A stretch of DNA of 32,000 bases from Candidatus Nanogingivalaceae bacterium (GCA_015257795.3 CP072208.2:150001-182000), one strand, 5' to 3'; shown: positions 1-8,939, numbered from the stretch's first letter. The notes: generated from the sequence alone by a model not told the origin. Program-made: numbers and translations.

Positions 1-312
1 CTATCTTCTCGCGTAAATAAAAATATTGAGATCTTAAGCTTATTTTGGGGAATGATTTTAGCTGAATTTGCATGGATTTTTAATTTTTTGGTAATCGGCT
101 ACAGGATTCTTCTTGCACCATATTTTAACTTTGTTATTCCACAGGCTGCGATAATTTTAACAGTTTTGAGCTTTGTTGCTTTTGATGTTTTGGATAGCGG
201 AGAAGAGAAGAAGAAAGATATAAAAGAGCTTTTACCGGAAATTATTTTTGCTACAATTTTGATTTTAACGCTGTTAATATTCTTTTCAACAATTCCAGTT
301 GCGAAAAGCTAA
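1..312 (+). CDS. C-terminal part of a polytopic membrane protein (5' end probably outside the window)
   Basis: Frame 1 is open from base 1 into the listed 52..312 ORF. It contains hydrophobic helices (FAWIFNFLVIGYRILL, AAIILTVLSFVAF, IIFATILILTLLIFF). No family recognised. Confidence 0.45.
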   Translation, partial: LSSRVNKNIEILSLFWGMILAEFAWIFNFLVIGYRILLAPYFNFVIPQAAIILTVLSFVAFDVLDSGEEKKKDIKELLPEIIFATILILTLLIFFSTIPVAKS

Positions 313-333
313 TTTAGAAAATGAGGAGGAAAA

Positions 334-1521
334 ATGGATAATAAACCAGATAACGAATTACAAACAAAAGAACTGCAAACGAAAAATAATTCAAAAAACC
401 AAATTATCATAGCGGTTGTTTTAACTACATTGGTTTTTGGTACAATTGGTATCTTTCAGTTATTTTCAATATTTGGATCGAAAATAAATCAAGGTGCGTC
501 AATTAATTTTTCAAATAGCAATGAGAATTCAAGTTTTTCAAAACAGTCTGATTCGAATTCGATCGAATCGGTTGCGAGTAGAGTTTCGCAAAGCGTAGTT
601 TCGATTGTTGGAAAAAGCCAAAGGTCTTTAAGATATTTTAGTTCATCGGTTGAAACGGCTAGTGCTGGAACGGGGATTATCGTTAGTGAAAACGGATATA
701 TTTTAACAAATAAGCATGTTGTTTCAAAAGCTTCTGAAATTTCAGTTGTTACGAGTGACGGGAACTCTTATGATAACGTAAAAGTTGTATCGACTGATCC
801 TTTGAATGATATTGCAATATTAAAAATTTCGAACGCAAAAGGTCTTAAAGCTGCTGAACTTGGTGATTCGAAAAAACTAAATATTGGCCAACAGGTAATT
901 GCGATTGGTAATGCTCTTGGTGAATACGACGGTACGGTTACGAGCGGAATTATTTCTGGTGTTGGTCGAACTGTTGTCGCTGCAGATGGTGCTGGTTCAA
1001 ATAAGGAGATGTTAACAGATATGATTCAAACAGATGCCGCAATTAATACGGGAAATTCTGGCGGACCATTAGTGAATGCACAGGGTCAAGTTATTGGAAT
1101 TAATACTGCCGTAGCTTCAAGCGGTCAGGGAATTGGTTTTGCAATTCCAATTTCTTCTGTTAAAGGGATGCTAAAATCAATTAGCAGGGGTGAAACTCCA
1201 AAACGTGCATATTTGGGCGCTAATTATGTAGCAGTGACTCCACAAATTCAAAAGGAATATAAACTTACTGTTTCGAAAGGTGCTTTGATCAAATCACGCG
1301 TTCGTAGTCGAAATGCTATAATTTCAGATAGCCCAGCGCAACAAGCAGGTCTTCAAGAGGGTGACGTCATTACTAAGATTGATGGGATAGAAGTTTCAAA
1401 AAATACCAGCTTAGGTTCTTTGATTGGCGAAAAGAATGTTGGCGATAAAGTTCAAATTACATACATTCGCAACGGTCAAGAAAAAACAACTTCAGTAATA
1501 CTTGAAGAATACCAAAAATAA
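334..1521 (+). CDS. htrA: HtrA/DegP-family (S1C) serine protease with PDZ domain, membrane anchored
   Basis: Catalytic triad contexts are TNKHV (His), NDIAILK (Asp) and GNSGGPL (Ser). A PDZ-like C-terminus (QQAGLQEGDVITKIDG) and an N-terminal TM helix are present. A GAGGAGG SD lies at 323..329. Confidence 0.9.
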   Translation: MDNKPDNELQTKELQTKNNSKNQIIIAVVLTTLVFGTIGIFQLFSIFGSKINQGASINFSNSNENSSFSKQSDSNSIESVASRVSQSVVSIVGKSQRSLRYFSSSVETASAGTGIIVSENGYILTNKHVVSKASEISVVTSDGNSYDNVKVVSTDPLNDIAILKISNAKGLKAAELGDSKKLNIGQQVIAIGNALGEYDGTVTSGIISGVGRTVVAADGAGSNKEMLTDMIQTDAAINTGNSGGPLVNAQGQVIGINTAVASSGQGIGFAIPISSVKGMLKSISRGETPKRAYLGANYVAVTPQIQKEYKLTVSKGALIKSRVRSRNAIISDSPAQQAGLQEGDVITKIDGIEVSKNTSLGSLIGEKNVGDKVQITYIRNGQEKTTSVILEEYQK

Positions 1522-1523
1522 AA

Positions 1524-1560
1524 AATAATACTAGGGTTATTACTCTAGTATTATTTTTTA
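1524..1560. terminator. Bidirectional intrinsic terminator between convergent htrA and prmC
   Basis: An 11-bp stem AATAATACTAG / CTAGTATTATT has a 10-nt loop. It is flanked by an A-run upstream and a T-run downstream, and it overlaps the prmC stop. Confidence 0.6.
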
Positions 1561-2384
1561 TCTAAAACGATTGTGTAGTTTTCAGATTTTGATTTAACTA
1601 AACCGCAACTGTTCGCATATTTTTCAATTTCTTCAAATTGGCACGGGTCGGCCTCAAGAATAATTTTTCTTAATTTTGGTAAATCTTGCGCCTGGAATAA
1701 TAGCTCAAAAATAAGTTCTAACCCGTTTTTTCGAGCATAAAGCGCAATTTGTGGCTCATGATGTAGCTCGTTATTCTTTTCAAAGTCAACCCAATCACGA
1801 TTAACGTAAGGCAAATTTGCGGTAATAATTGTGATTTTCGAAAGAATATCTGATGGGATTTTCTCTAATAAATTGCTTTCGAAAAGAGGGATTTCTTGGT
1901 TTAAAAGCTTTTTTGCGTTCAGATTTGCTACAGCGAGAGCTTGTAGAGAAATGTCACTCGCAAAAACTTCAACTTTTTCACCACATTCAGCTTTTAGGGT
2001 TACGGGAATAATTCCTGAACCTGTACCGACATCTAGAATAACATCATCTGGTTGAAGTGTTTTTTGTGTAATTTCGATTAGTGTTTCGGTCTCGGGGCGA
2101 GGAACTAGAACATTTTCATTCACAAAAAAAGTTCGGCCAAAAAAATCTTTTTTTCGAAAAATATAAGCAAGCGGAACGCGTTTAATTCGTTTATTCAAAA
2201 AGTTATTAGCGTGAAAAACCAGAGTTTTTGAAAGCTTTTTTTGTGGATTCGCGTGCAAAAAAGTCCGTTCAACACCTAAAACATGCGCCAAGATTAATTC
2301 GGTATCAAGTTGTGCGCTGGTGATTTCAGCGTCTTTAAGTTTTTTGACTGATTTTTTCAGCCAAGTTTCAACTGTTTCGTGCAT
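1551..2384 (-). CDS. prmC: Release-factor glutamine N5-methyltransferase PrmC/HemK
   Basis: It has the SAM-binding motif DVGTGSGII and the catalytic tetrapeptide NLPY (a variant of NPPY). It starts 4 nt downstream of prfA, the classic prfA-prmC arrangement. Confidence 0.85.
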   Translation of the reverse strand: MHETVETWLKKSVKKLKDAEITSAQLDTELILAHVLGVERTFLHANPQKKLSKTLVFHANNFLNKRIKRVPLAYIFRKKDFFGRTFFVNENVLVPRPETETLIEITQKTLQPDDVILDVGTGSGIIPVTLKAECGEKVEVFASDISLQALAVANLNAKKLLNQEIPLFESNLLEKIPSDILSKITIITANLPYVNRDWVDFEKNNELHHEPQIALYARKNGLELIFELLFQAQDLPKLRKIILEADPCQFEEIEKYANSCGLVKSKSENYTIVLDKK

Positions 2385-2388
2385 AGAA

Positions 2389-3468
2389 TTAATTGTTTTC
2401 CGAGGCGTTTGCAGCCAAAAATTCTAGTTCGGCAGCCTGCAAATGATCAACAATGTCAGAAATTTGGCCATTCATTGCGGCAGGAATATTGCTTCGTGAA
2501 TAACCAATTCGGTGGTCAGTGATGCGGTCTTGCGGGAAGTTGTAAGTTCGAATCTTTTCAGATCGATCGCCAGAACCGATCAAACTGCGCCGTTCAGCGG
2601 TAAGTTTAGCATTCTCTTCATCAATTTTAGCTTGAAGAAGTCGGGCGCGCAAAATACCGAGAGCTTTTTCTTTATTCTTGATTTGTGATTTTTCATCTTG
2701 ATTTGTAACCACCATTCCAGTTGGTAAGTGTGTGATTCGCACCGCAGAATCGGTTGTGTTCACACTTTGGCCGCCATGACCACCAGAACGGTAAACATCA
2801 ATACGTAAATCGTTCGGATTAATTTCAATATCAGCTTCTTCGGCTTCAGGCAGAACAGCTACAGTTACGGTTGAAGTGTGAATTCGTCCCTGAGATTCTG
2901 TTGCTGGGATTCGTTGAACGCGATGAACGCCACTTTCGAATTTTAATTTAGAATAAGGGGCATCGCCTTTAACGCCGAAAACAACTTCTTTATATCCACC
3001 AGCATCGTTAGCAGATTCACTCAAAAGCTCAGTTTTCAAGCCGTTTTGTTCGCAATAACGCAAATACATGCGATAGAGTTCGCTTGCAAAAAGGGAAGCT
3101 TCATCACCACCCGCTCCAGCACGAATTTCAACGATCACGTTTTTATCATCGTTCGGGTCTTTTGGTAGAAGCATTTCGAAAAGCTCTTGCTCAAGTGCGG
3201 CAAGTTTTTCTTCGTTTTCGGTAATTTCCATTTTGGCGAGTTCAGCAAGTTCACCTGTTTCGAGGTTAACAAGCTCACGTGCTTCCTCAAGGTTTTTTTC
3301 AAGATTTTCGCGCATTTCACCTTTTTCAATAATTTTTTCAAGTTCAGTGAAACGTTTATTTTTAGCTGAAAAATCTGGCGAAGAATAAGCATTCGGCTCG
3401 CTTAAAAAAGCCTGAATTTCTTCTCGTTCAGTTTTAAGTTTATCAAGATTTAAATCAATTTTTGGCAT
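2389..3468 (-). CDS. prfA: Peptide chain release factor 1
   Basis: It carries the RF1-specific PAT tripeptide ([10 protein letters not shown]) and the GGQ motif ([12 protein letters not shown]). Length is the full 359 aa. Confidence 0.97.
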   Translation of the reverse strand: MPKIDLNLDKLKTEREEIQAFLSEPNAYSSPDFSAKNKRFTELEKIIEKGEMRENLEKNLEEARELVNLETGELAELAKMEITENEEKLAALEQELFEMLLPKDPNDDKNVIVEIRAGAGGDEASLFASELYRMYLRYCEQNGLKTELLSESANDAGGYKEVVFGVKGDAPYSKLKFESGVHRVQRIPATESQGRIHTSTVTVAVLPEAEEADIEINPNDLRIDVYRSGGHGGQSVNTTDSAVRITHLPTGMVVTNQDEKSQIKNKEKALGILRARLLQAKIDEENAKLTAERRSLIGSGDRSEKIRTYNFPQDRITDHRIGYSRSNIPAAMNGQISDIVDHLQAAELEFLAANASENN

Positions 3469-3476
3469 ATAAAAGT

Positions 3477-3485
3477 ATTATACCA
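3477..3485 (-). promoter_or_regulatory. Extended -10 (TGgTATAAT on the - strand) for prfA-prmC; start codon 8 nt downstream
   Basis: Plus strand attatacca is the reverse complement of TGGTATAAT. The ATG (3468..3466) follows after 8 nt with no SD, so this is a leaderless candidate. Confidence 0.5.
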
Positions 3486-3508
3486 AAAAATCGCTTGAAT
3501 TTAAAGTG

Positions 3509-3537
3509 TTGAAAAAAGAATGTGGTTATGATAATAT
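3509..3537 (+). promoter_or_regulatory. Sigma70-type promoter of ung (TTGAAA-17-TAATAT), ATG 6 nt downstream
   Basis: The -35 TTGAAA is at 3509..3514 and the -10 TAATAT at 3532..3537. The ATG is at 3544 and there is no SD in between. Confidence 0.5.
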
Positions 3538-3543
3538 TTTGAT

Positions 3544-4206
3544 ATGAAAATAACCTCTTGGCGTGAATTTATTGAGAACGAAGCTGAAAAGCCATATTTT
3601 AAAAAGCTGTGGCAAAAAGTTGAACACGAGCGTGTTTCGAAAGAGATTTTTCCGGTAAGAGAAGAGATTTTTTCTTGTTTCGAAAAATGTCCGCTTGAAA
3701 AAACTAAGGTTGTGATTATTGGTCAAGATCCTTATCATGGTGTTGGGCAGGCGCACGGAATGAGTTTTTCGGTTAAAAAAGGTGTTAGAATTCCGCCAAG
3801 TTTGCAAAATATCTACAAAGAGCTTCAAAGCGATTTAGGTATTGAGCCAGCCGATAATGGTTTTTTGGAATCTTGGGCGGAGCAGGGTGTTTTGTTGTTA
3901 AACACTTCTTTTAGTGTTGAAAAAGGTAAACCTGCGAGCCATGCGAATTTTGGTTGGATGGAGTTTTCGGAACACGTTTTAGATTTTTTGAATGATTGTG
4001 AACACCCACTAGTGTTTATTTTATGGGGAGCGCATGCGCAAAAAGTTGGCGCTCGAATAACAAATCCAAAACAACTTAAAATCGAAAGCGCGCATCCTTC
4101 ACCATTTTCGGCGCACCGTGGATTTTTTGGCTCAAAACCGTTTTCGAAAGCGAACAAATTTTTAGAACAAAATGGCGAAACACCGATTGACTGGCGAGTG
4201 CGCTAA
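3544..4206 (+). CDS. ung: Uracil-DNA glycosylase (family 1)
   Basis: It has the GQDPYH water-activating motif and the HPSPFSA (HPSPLS-type) leucine-loop motif. At 220 aa it is typical UNG size. Confidence 0.95.
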   Translation: MKITSWREFIENEAEKPYFKKLWQKVEHERVSKEIFPVREEIFSCFEKCPLEKTKVVIIGQDPYHGVGQAHGMSFSVKKGVRIPPSLQNIYKELQSDLGIEPADNGFLESWAEQGVLLLNTSFSVEKGKPASHANFGWMEFSEHVLDFLNDCEHPLVFILWGAHAQKVGARITNPKQLKIESAHPSPFSAHRGFFGSKPFSKANKFLEQNGETPIDWRVR

Positions 4207-4235
4207 TAAGCATTTTTATTTTTAAAGGGATTATT

Positions 4236-4481
4236 ATGAATGATATTAGCAAAAAAATAAAAGAGACTTATAGAATTGTTAATTTTCTTTTATCAAAAAA
4301 TCTTGATGAAAAATTTTCAGATATTTTTGATTTAGCTGCAGAGCTTGAGCTTCCTGTCGGGGTTGGTCGGTTTGGAGATAATGAAAGCTGGCTAAAAAGT
4401 TACAATGAGTTAAATAAAATGATGATTGAAAATAGTTTGATTAAAGATTTCGAAAAATATCTGAAAGAAACTTCTAAATAA
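4236..4481 (+). CDS. Small hypothetical protein (81 aa)
   Basis: An AAAGGGA SD lies upstream of the ATG. The gene is followed directly by a strong hairpin terminator. No family recognised. Confidence 0.5.
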   Translation: MNDISKKIKETYRIVNFLLSKNLDEKFSDIFDLAAELELPVGVGRFGDNESWLKSYNELNKMMIENSLIKDFEKYLKETSK

Positions 4482-4482
4482 T

Positions 4483-4516
4483 AAAAAATCTCGCAACCAA
4501 ATGCGAGATTTTTATA
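4483..4516. terminator. Bidirectional intrinsic terminator (4236..4481 gene and rpmE converge)
   Basis: A 10-bp stem AAATCTCGCA / TGCGAGATTT has a 6-nt loop, with an A-run before and a T-run after. Confidence 0.7.
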
Positions 4517-4526
4517 TTTAAACGAA

Positions 4527-4847
4527 TTATCGTTCAGCTTTTTTAGCTTTTTCAGCAGCTTGTTTTTTAGCTTTGTTTGCCAAGGCTTCTTTACGAGCAG
4601 CAGCCATTTCTTGTGCTCGTTTGAATCGATCAACACGACCTTCGGTGTCGATGATTTTTTCTTCACCAGTGAAGAATGGGTGAGAAGCACTTGAGATGTG
4701 CATTTTTACAAGTGGGTATTCGTTGCCGTCTTCCCATTTGATAGTTTCTTTTGAATCTGCTGTTGAGCGAGTCAAGAAAGCAAATCCAGCCACCTCGTCG
4801 CTAAATACGACAGGGCGATAGTTGGTTGGATGTAAATTCTTTTTCAT
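4527..4847 (-). CDS. rpmE: 50S ribosomal protein L31, type B (no CxxC zinc motif), with Lys/Ala-rich C-terminal extension
   Basis: The N-terminus [15 protein letters not shown].. and the segment [11 protein letters not shown] are typical L31. The zinc-binding cysteines are absent, which indicates type B. Confidence 0.9.
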   Translation of the reverse strand: MKKNLHPTNYRPVVFSDEVAGFAFLTRSTADSKETIKWEDGNEYPLVKMHISSASHPFFTGEEKIIDTEGRVDRFKRAQEMAAARKEALANKAKKQAAEKAKKAER

Positions 4848-4992
4848 AACTTTCCTATTTTATCAGAAAAAAACAAAAAAGGCAAATATTTTTTAGCGTA
4901 AAGATTTAACTGAAGATTCGAATAGAAATGCTTGCAATTATTCTAAATATAATATATTATTGACTTGGAAATAGTAAAAAACAAGGAGTTTT

Positions 4993-5640
4993 ATGAAAAA
5001 TAAAGTAATTATTTCGGCTATAATTGCATTTTTTGCTGTCGCTGGAATAGCTATATTGCCCAACGGTATGAACGCTCATGCTTTATCCCCGGAAGAGGAA
5101 GAGCGCATATATCTGGTAACTATTGATAAGCAAATAGCGATAGTTACTGCGAATGCAAAAAAGGCTAGTTCTTATGAAGAAGCGAAGACGATGATGAGCG
5201 AATATAAGACCAATCTTGCTGAGTATTTGGCAGAACTTACTGATGCCAGTAAAAATGCGGTAATGGATCGCATTAAACTAGCGGAAAAAGAGATAGCTGA
5301 TCATTTTGGTGTTGTTACTCCTGAAGTTCCTGAAACTCCTGTTACACCTGAAAACGACAATGAAAATTCTGGTAAAGAAGAGGCTGCTGAAGAAAACAAG
5401 CCTAATACTAACGTTCCGCAAAATAGCCCTGAAAAACCGTCAAATGAAAAACCGGCCAACGCGCCAGCTAAACCAGAAAATAAACCTCAATTAGCGGCCC
5501 CAGAAATCGCTAAAGAAAATAAAGATTCTTTAAAAGCTCCAAATACTGGTGAAAAAAATAACAATTTTGAACTTATAACAATTAGCTTTGTCGCTATGTT
5601 GCTAACAGCTCTTTCAGTGGTTGTTCTAAAAAAGTTTTAG
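4993..5640 (+). CDS. Secreted cell-surface protein with Pro/Glu/Lys-rich spacer and C-terminal sorting signal (KAPNTG + TM + KKF)
   Basis: It has a signal peptide (..GMNAHA/LS), a low-complexity PEVPETPVTPEN..KPSNEKPANAPAKPENKP region, and a tripartite C-terminus. An AAGGAG SD is present. Confidence 0.8.
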   Translation: MKNKVIISAIIAFFAVAGIAILPNGMNAHALSPEEEERIYLVTIDKQIAIVTANAKKASSYEEAKTMMSEYKTNLAEYLAELTDASKNAVMDRIKLAEKEIADHFGVVTPEVPETPVTPENDNENSGKEEAAEENKPNTNVPQNSPEKPSNEKPANAPAKPENKPQLAAPEIAKENKDSLKAPNTGEKNNNFELITISFVAMLLTALSVVVLKKF

Positions 5641-5660
5641 TTAATTTCTAAAATATATCA

Positions 5661-5695
5661 AAAACTACTTTCGTTTTGGAGGTAGTTTTTTTGTT
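5661..5695 (+). terminator. Intrinsic terminator
   Basis: The stem AAAACTAC / GTAGTTTT is followed by TTTGTTGTTT. Confidence 0.6.
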
Positions 5696-5704
5696 GTTTA
5701 ATGC

Positions 5705-5733
5705 TTGATTGAAAACTAAAGAGGGTTTATAAT
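5705..5733 (+). promoter_or_regulatory. Consensus promoter TTGATT-17-TATAAT, ATG 6 nt downstream
   Basis: The -35 is at 5705..5710 and the -10 at 5728..5733. The first ATG is at 5740. The GTG at 5734 used by the ORF track directly abuts the -10. Confidence 0.55.
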
Positions 5734-5739
5734 GTGCTT

Positions 5740-7119
5740 ATGAATAAAGAATCCCTAAATAAAAATTTGAATCAAAATCAAAATGTAAAAACCGGCTGGG
5801 AAGATGTTGCTGATTATTTGCCAAAAAATTTAGAAAATTCTCAAGATAACGAAAAAAGGGAAAGATCTTTCGAAAAAATTGGCGAATACACCGTTAAAAA
5901 TGTCGAAAAAAACCCAGATGGCAGTTATAACTTTTTAGGAATAAACCCAGAAGAGGAAAAATCTAATGCACTTAAGAAAATAGCCGCACAACAACTTTTC
6001 GAGAATTATCTTTGGGCTTATCACGAAGGCAGAAGCTCTAGTAAGCTTGAAAAAAGAAGGGAATTTCTTAAAAATAATATCGATCAAGTTTTAAAAGGTG
6101 ATATTTTAGATAAGATAGATTTTTCTAAATCTGGAAACGAGGTTTTGGTTCAAGAATATAACATTGACGGCTTGAATTTTAAGTTTTTTAATGCTATGTA
6201 TGAGGGCATGGGTGCAATTGTTAAAGATGAAGATGGTGTCATGAAAACCCGAGCTTTTAGGGAATCTGGAAGTGATCACCAATTTAAAAGTGCTCCGGGT
6301 ATGGAAGAGTTTAGGTGGATAAAAGGTAATGAGTGGGATCCAAATAAGCACTATGTTCAATCTGGTAAGCTTGACCCAAGAGTTTATGAGATTCTTAGCG
6401 ATCTATCAGGAAAGAAGACTCCACGCGGTAGTCTTCAAATAGCCGCTTCGTCGTTAGTAACATTTGTTAGAAATTTAAAAGAACAGCCATCTGAAGACTC
6501 GGAAAAATTTGAATTTTCAGAAAAACAGCATGAGTTTAAAGATGAAGAATGGAATAGAATTCGGCAACATCTGACAAAAGATTTTAAAGATTTCATGGAA
6601 ATAAAACAATACGGCCGAACTCGTGATTCATCTAAAATGCTTTCAGAAGAAGAATATGCTAAAAAATTTGATTACTATTTTGTTAAATCTGAGAAAAAAT
6701 TTTCAGCTTTAGAGAGATCGGGAATGGTCCCAGATTTCAATCGAAAACCGGATGCTAGATATTTTAAAGATAATGGAAATATCCGAATCGAGGAATTCAT
6801 TGCAAGCAGTGAAAAGGGTGATAATATTTGTTGGTCAATGGCAACCGATCGCCAAAACCGTGTTTATATTGATGATATCTTTACGCCAGACGTTCCGGTG
6901 GATAGTTATGGAACGCCGAGCGAAAAAACTAATATGGGTATGTTAATATACAAACCAGAAGATTACGCATCGCAGAACCGTGGTCTACCTGATAAATATG
7001 TTAAGGAACGCAAAGCCGATGGAAATGCTTATGAAGATATTTCAGATATGCTCAAAGCAATGCCACCAGTTCAAAAATATATGCAAGCTCTTAGGGAAAG
7101 GCGAAAGCGTAATTCTTGA
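5740..7119 (+). CDS. Hypothetical soluble protein (~459 aa), no signal peptide or TM, charged (K/E/D-rich)
   Basis: This is a long uninterrupted ORF with a consensus promoter. No catalytic motif or family recognised. The start was moved to the ATG at 5740. Confidence 0.75.
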   Translation: MNKESLNKNLNQNQNVKTGWEDVADYLPKNLENSQDNEKRERSFEKIGEYTVKNVEKNPDGSYNFLGINPEEEKSNALKKIAAQQLFENYLWAYHEGRSSSKLEKRREFLKNNIDQVLKGDILDKIDFSKSGNEVLVQEYNIDGLNFKFFNAMYEGMGAIVKDEDGVMKTRAFRESGSDHQFKSAPGMEEFRWIKGNEWDPNKHYVQSGKLDPRVYEILSDLSGKKTPRGSLQIAASSLVTFVRNLKEQPSEDSEKFEFSEKQHEFKDEEWNRIRQHLTKDFKDFMEIKQYGRTRDSSKMLSEEEYAKKFDYYFVKSEKKFSALERSGMVPDFNRKPDARYFKDNGNIRIEEFIASSEKGDNICWSMATDRQNRVYIDDIFTPDVPVDSYGTPSEKTNMGMLIYKPEDYASQNRGLPDKYVKERKADGNAYEDISDMLKAMPPVQKYMQALRERRKRNS

Positions 7120-7144
7120 TTTTTTTAATGGCGTATGCTAAACT
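7116..7144 (+). promoter_or_regulatory. Promoter of rpsB-tsf (TTGATT-17-TGcTAAACT)
   Basis: The -35 at 7116..7121 overlaps the upstream stop codon. The extended -10 TAAACT is at 7139..7144. A leader of about 90 nt follows. Confidence 0.45.
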
Positions 7145-7239
7145 AAGAAGGTATATAAATTAATGAAACAATTTTTGGGAGAATTCCTTTCGAATGTAAT
7201 TTCGAAAATAACCCCAAAAATGAAGACAAAGGAGTTAAA

Positions 7240-7932
7240 ATGTCTGTAAAAGTTGATATCAAGCAATTGCTTGAAGCTGGCGTTCATTTTGGTCACAAAA
7301 CTTCACGCTGGCACCCAAAAATGGCGCCATACATTCACAGCAAGCGTCAAGATAGCCACATTATCGATCTAACTAAAACTGTTGAAGGTCTTGAAAAAGC
7401 TCTTCCAGCTATCACAAAAGCAGTTGAAGGTGGTCGAAAAGTTCTTTTTGTTGGAACTAAAAAACAAGTTAAAGAAGCCGTTCGTGAAGCTGCAGAAAGT
7501 GTAAATCAACCATACGTTGTTGAACGATGGGTTGGCGGAATGCTTACAAACTCAGCAACAATTAACCAACAAATCAAGAAACTAAAAACTCTTGAAAAAC
7601 GAATGGAAAGTGGTGAACTTGCAAAACGCTATTCAAAACTTGAAGTTCAACGATATGCTGAAGAAATCGAATCTTTGAACACAAAATACGGTGGAATCAA
7701 AGATCTAATGGGTCGCCCAGGAATTTTGTTTGTAACTGACGCTATTGCTGATGCAAACGCAATTCGAGAAGCTAAAACTTTGAATATTCCAGTTGTTGCG
7801 ATTGTTGACACAAACGTTAACCCAGAAGGAATCGATTATGTAATTCCAGCCAATGACGACGCTATTAAAGGTGTTAAATTGCTTTTGGATTACGCTATTG
7901 AAGCTATTAAAGAAGCTAAAGCTGATAAATAA
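7240..7932 (+). CDS. rpsB: 30S ribosomal protein S2
   Basis: LLEAGVHFGHKTSRWHPKM is a canonical S2 N-terminus. An AAGGAG SD is present, and the gene is followed by tsf. Confidence 0.97.
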   Translation: MSVKVDIKQLLEAGVHFGHKTSRWHPKMAPYIHSKRQDSHIIDLTKTVEGLEKALPAITKAVEGGRKVLFVGTKKQVKEAVREAAESVNQPYVVERWVGGMLTNSATINQQIKKLKTLEKRMESGELAKRYSKLEVQRYAEEIESLNTKYGGIKDLMGRPGILFVTDAIADANAIREAKTLNIPVVAIVDTNVNPEGIDYVIPANDDAIKGVKLLLDYAIEAIKEAKADK

Positions 7933-7955
7933 TTTCTAAATTCGAAAGGATAAAC

Positions 7956-8552
7956 ATGGCTGTTTCTATTGAAGAAATTAAGAAACTTAAAGAATTAACA
8001 GGTCTTGGTTTAACTGACGCTAAAAAAGCTCTTGTTGAAGCTGATGGCGATTTTGATAAAGCTCTTGAAGCTCTTCGCAAAAAAGGTCTAACAAAGGCTG
8101 AGAAAAAGGGTGATCGTGAAGCTCGTGAAGGTTTGGTTGAAGCTTATGTTCACGGTGGTCGAATTGGTGTTATTGTTGAAGTTAACTGTGAAACCGACTT
8201 TGTTGCGCGAACAGAAGATTTCAAGAATTTTGCACACCAAGTTGCAATGCAAATTGCTGCTATGGCTCCAATTTATGCTAGCGAAGCTGATATTCCTGAA
8301 GAAGAAATCGCTCGCGTAAAAGCTGAAGCTGAAGAGCGCGTTGCTAAAGAAAACAAGCCAGCCGATATCGCTGCTAAAATTGTTGAAGGTCAAGTAAAGA
8401 AATACTTTGCTGAAAAAGTTCTTCTTTCACAAGCTTACATCATGGATGACAGCAAAACAGTTGAACAATTCTTAAAAGAAACTGTTGCGAAACTCGGTGA
8501 AAATATTGTTGTTCGCCAATTCTCACGAATCGAACTTGGTGTTAACGAATAA
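7956..8552 (+). CDS. tsf: Elongation factor Ts (short form)
   Basis: It has the UBA-like N-terminus IKKLKELTGLGLTDAKKALVEADGDFDKALEALRKKG and the core motif EVNCETDFVA. Confidence 0.97.
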   Translation: MAVSIEEIKKLKELTGLGLTDAKKALVEADGDFDKALEALRKKGLTKAEKKGDREAREGLVEAYVHGGRIGVIVEVNCETDFVARTEDFKNFAHQVAMQIAAMAPIYASEADIPEEEIARVKAEAEERVAKENKPADIAAKIVEGQVKKYFAEKVLLSQAYIMDDSKTVEQFLKETVAKLGENIVVRQFSRIELGVNE

Positions 8553-8567
8553 ATTTTGCTAAAAATA

Positions 8568-8600
8568 AAATCCCGCTAATCTTGGCGGGTTTTTATTATT
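8568..8600 (+). terminator. Intrinsic terminator of rpsB-tsf
   Basis: The stem CCCGC / GCGGG has an 8-nt loop and is followed by TTTTTATTATTTT. Confidence 0.65.
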
Positions 8601-8612
8601 TTCGAAAGAGAA

Positions 8613-8939
8613 TTAAGCTAAACTTTTTTCGACAAAAGCAATAATTCGCACGTCGCGAGATTCTAAATCACTTTCTTCGTTAATTTCATCAATTCCAAAA
8701 AGCTCTTCAGCACCTTCACCAAATTTAGCGTGTAGATTTTTAATCCAATTGCCGTTTGCGAGTTTTTTCAAACTAACATTTTCGCTAAAACTAACACCGC
8801 GAAAGAAATTTTTTTCTTCGGGAAGGGTAATTTTAAGTTCTGCGTCTTTCGAGATTCCTTTTTCAATTTTCAATTTGAAATTTTTCTTAAAAATCGGGTC
8901 AAAATAATTAAGTATCTTTTTTGTAGTTTTTTGTTTCAT
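8613..8939 (-). CDS. Orphan hypothetical protein (108 aa)
   Basis: The ORF has an AAGGAA SD, its own promoter (8977..9005) and convergent termination with tsf. No family recognised. Confidence 0.6.
   Translation of the reverse strand: MKQKTTKKILNYFDPIFKKNFKLKIEKGISKDAELKITLPEEKNFFRGVSFSENVSLKKLANGNWIKNLHAKFGEGAEELFGIDEINEESDLESRDVRIIAFVEKSLA

Noticed and set aside
2545-2553. A tRNA T-loop-like sequence GTTCGAATC; several other TTCGAA sites also resemble the T-arm.
   Set aside because: It is located inside prfA, with no flanking acceptor, D or anticodon stems. No intergenic region in the window is long enough and suitably structured to hold a tRNA.
7163-7249. A 28-codon upstream ORF (MKQFLGEFLSNVISKITPKMKTKELKCL) in the rpsB leader, overlapping the rpsB start.
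   Set aside because: It has no convincing SD and would begin only ~13 nt from the predicted TSS. The region is better explained as structured leader RNA. Kept only as a remote possibility.
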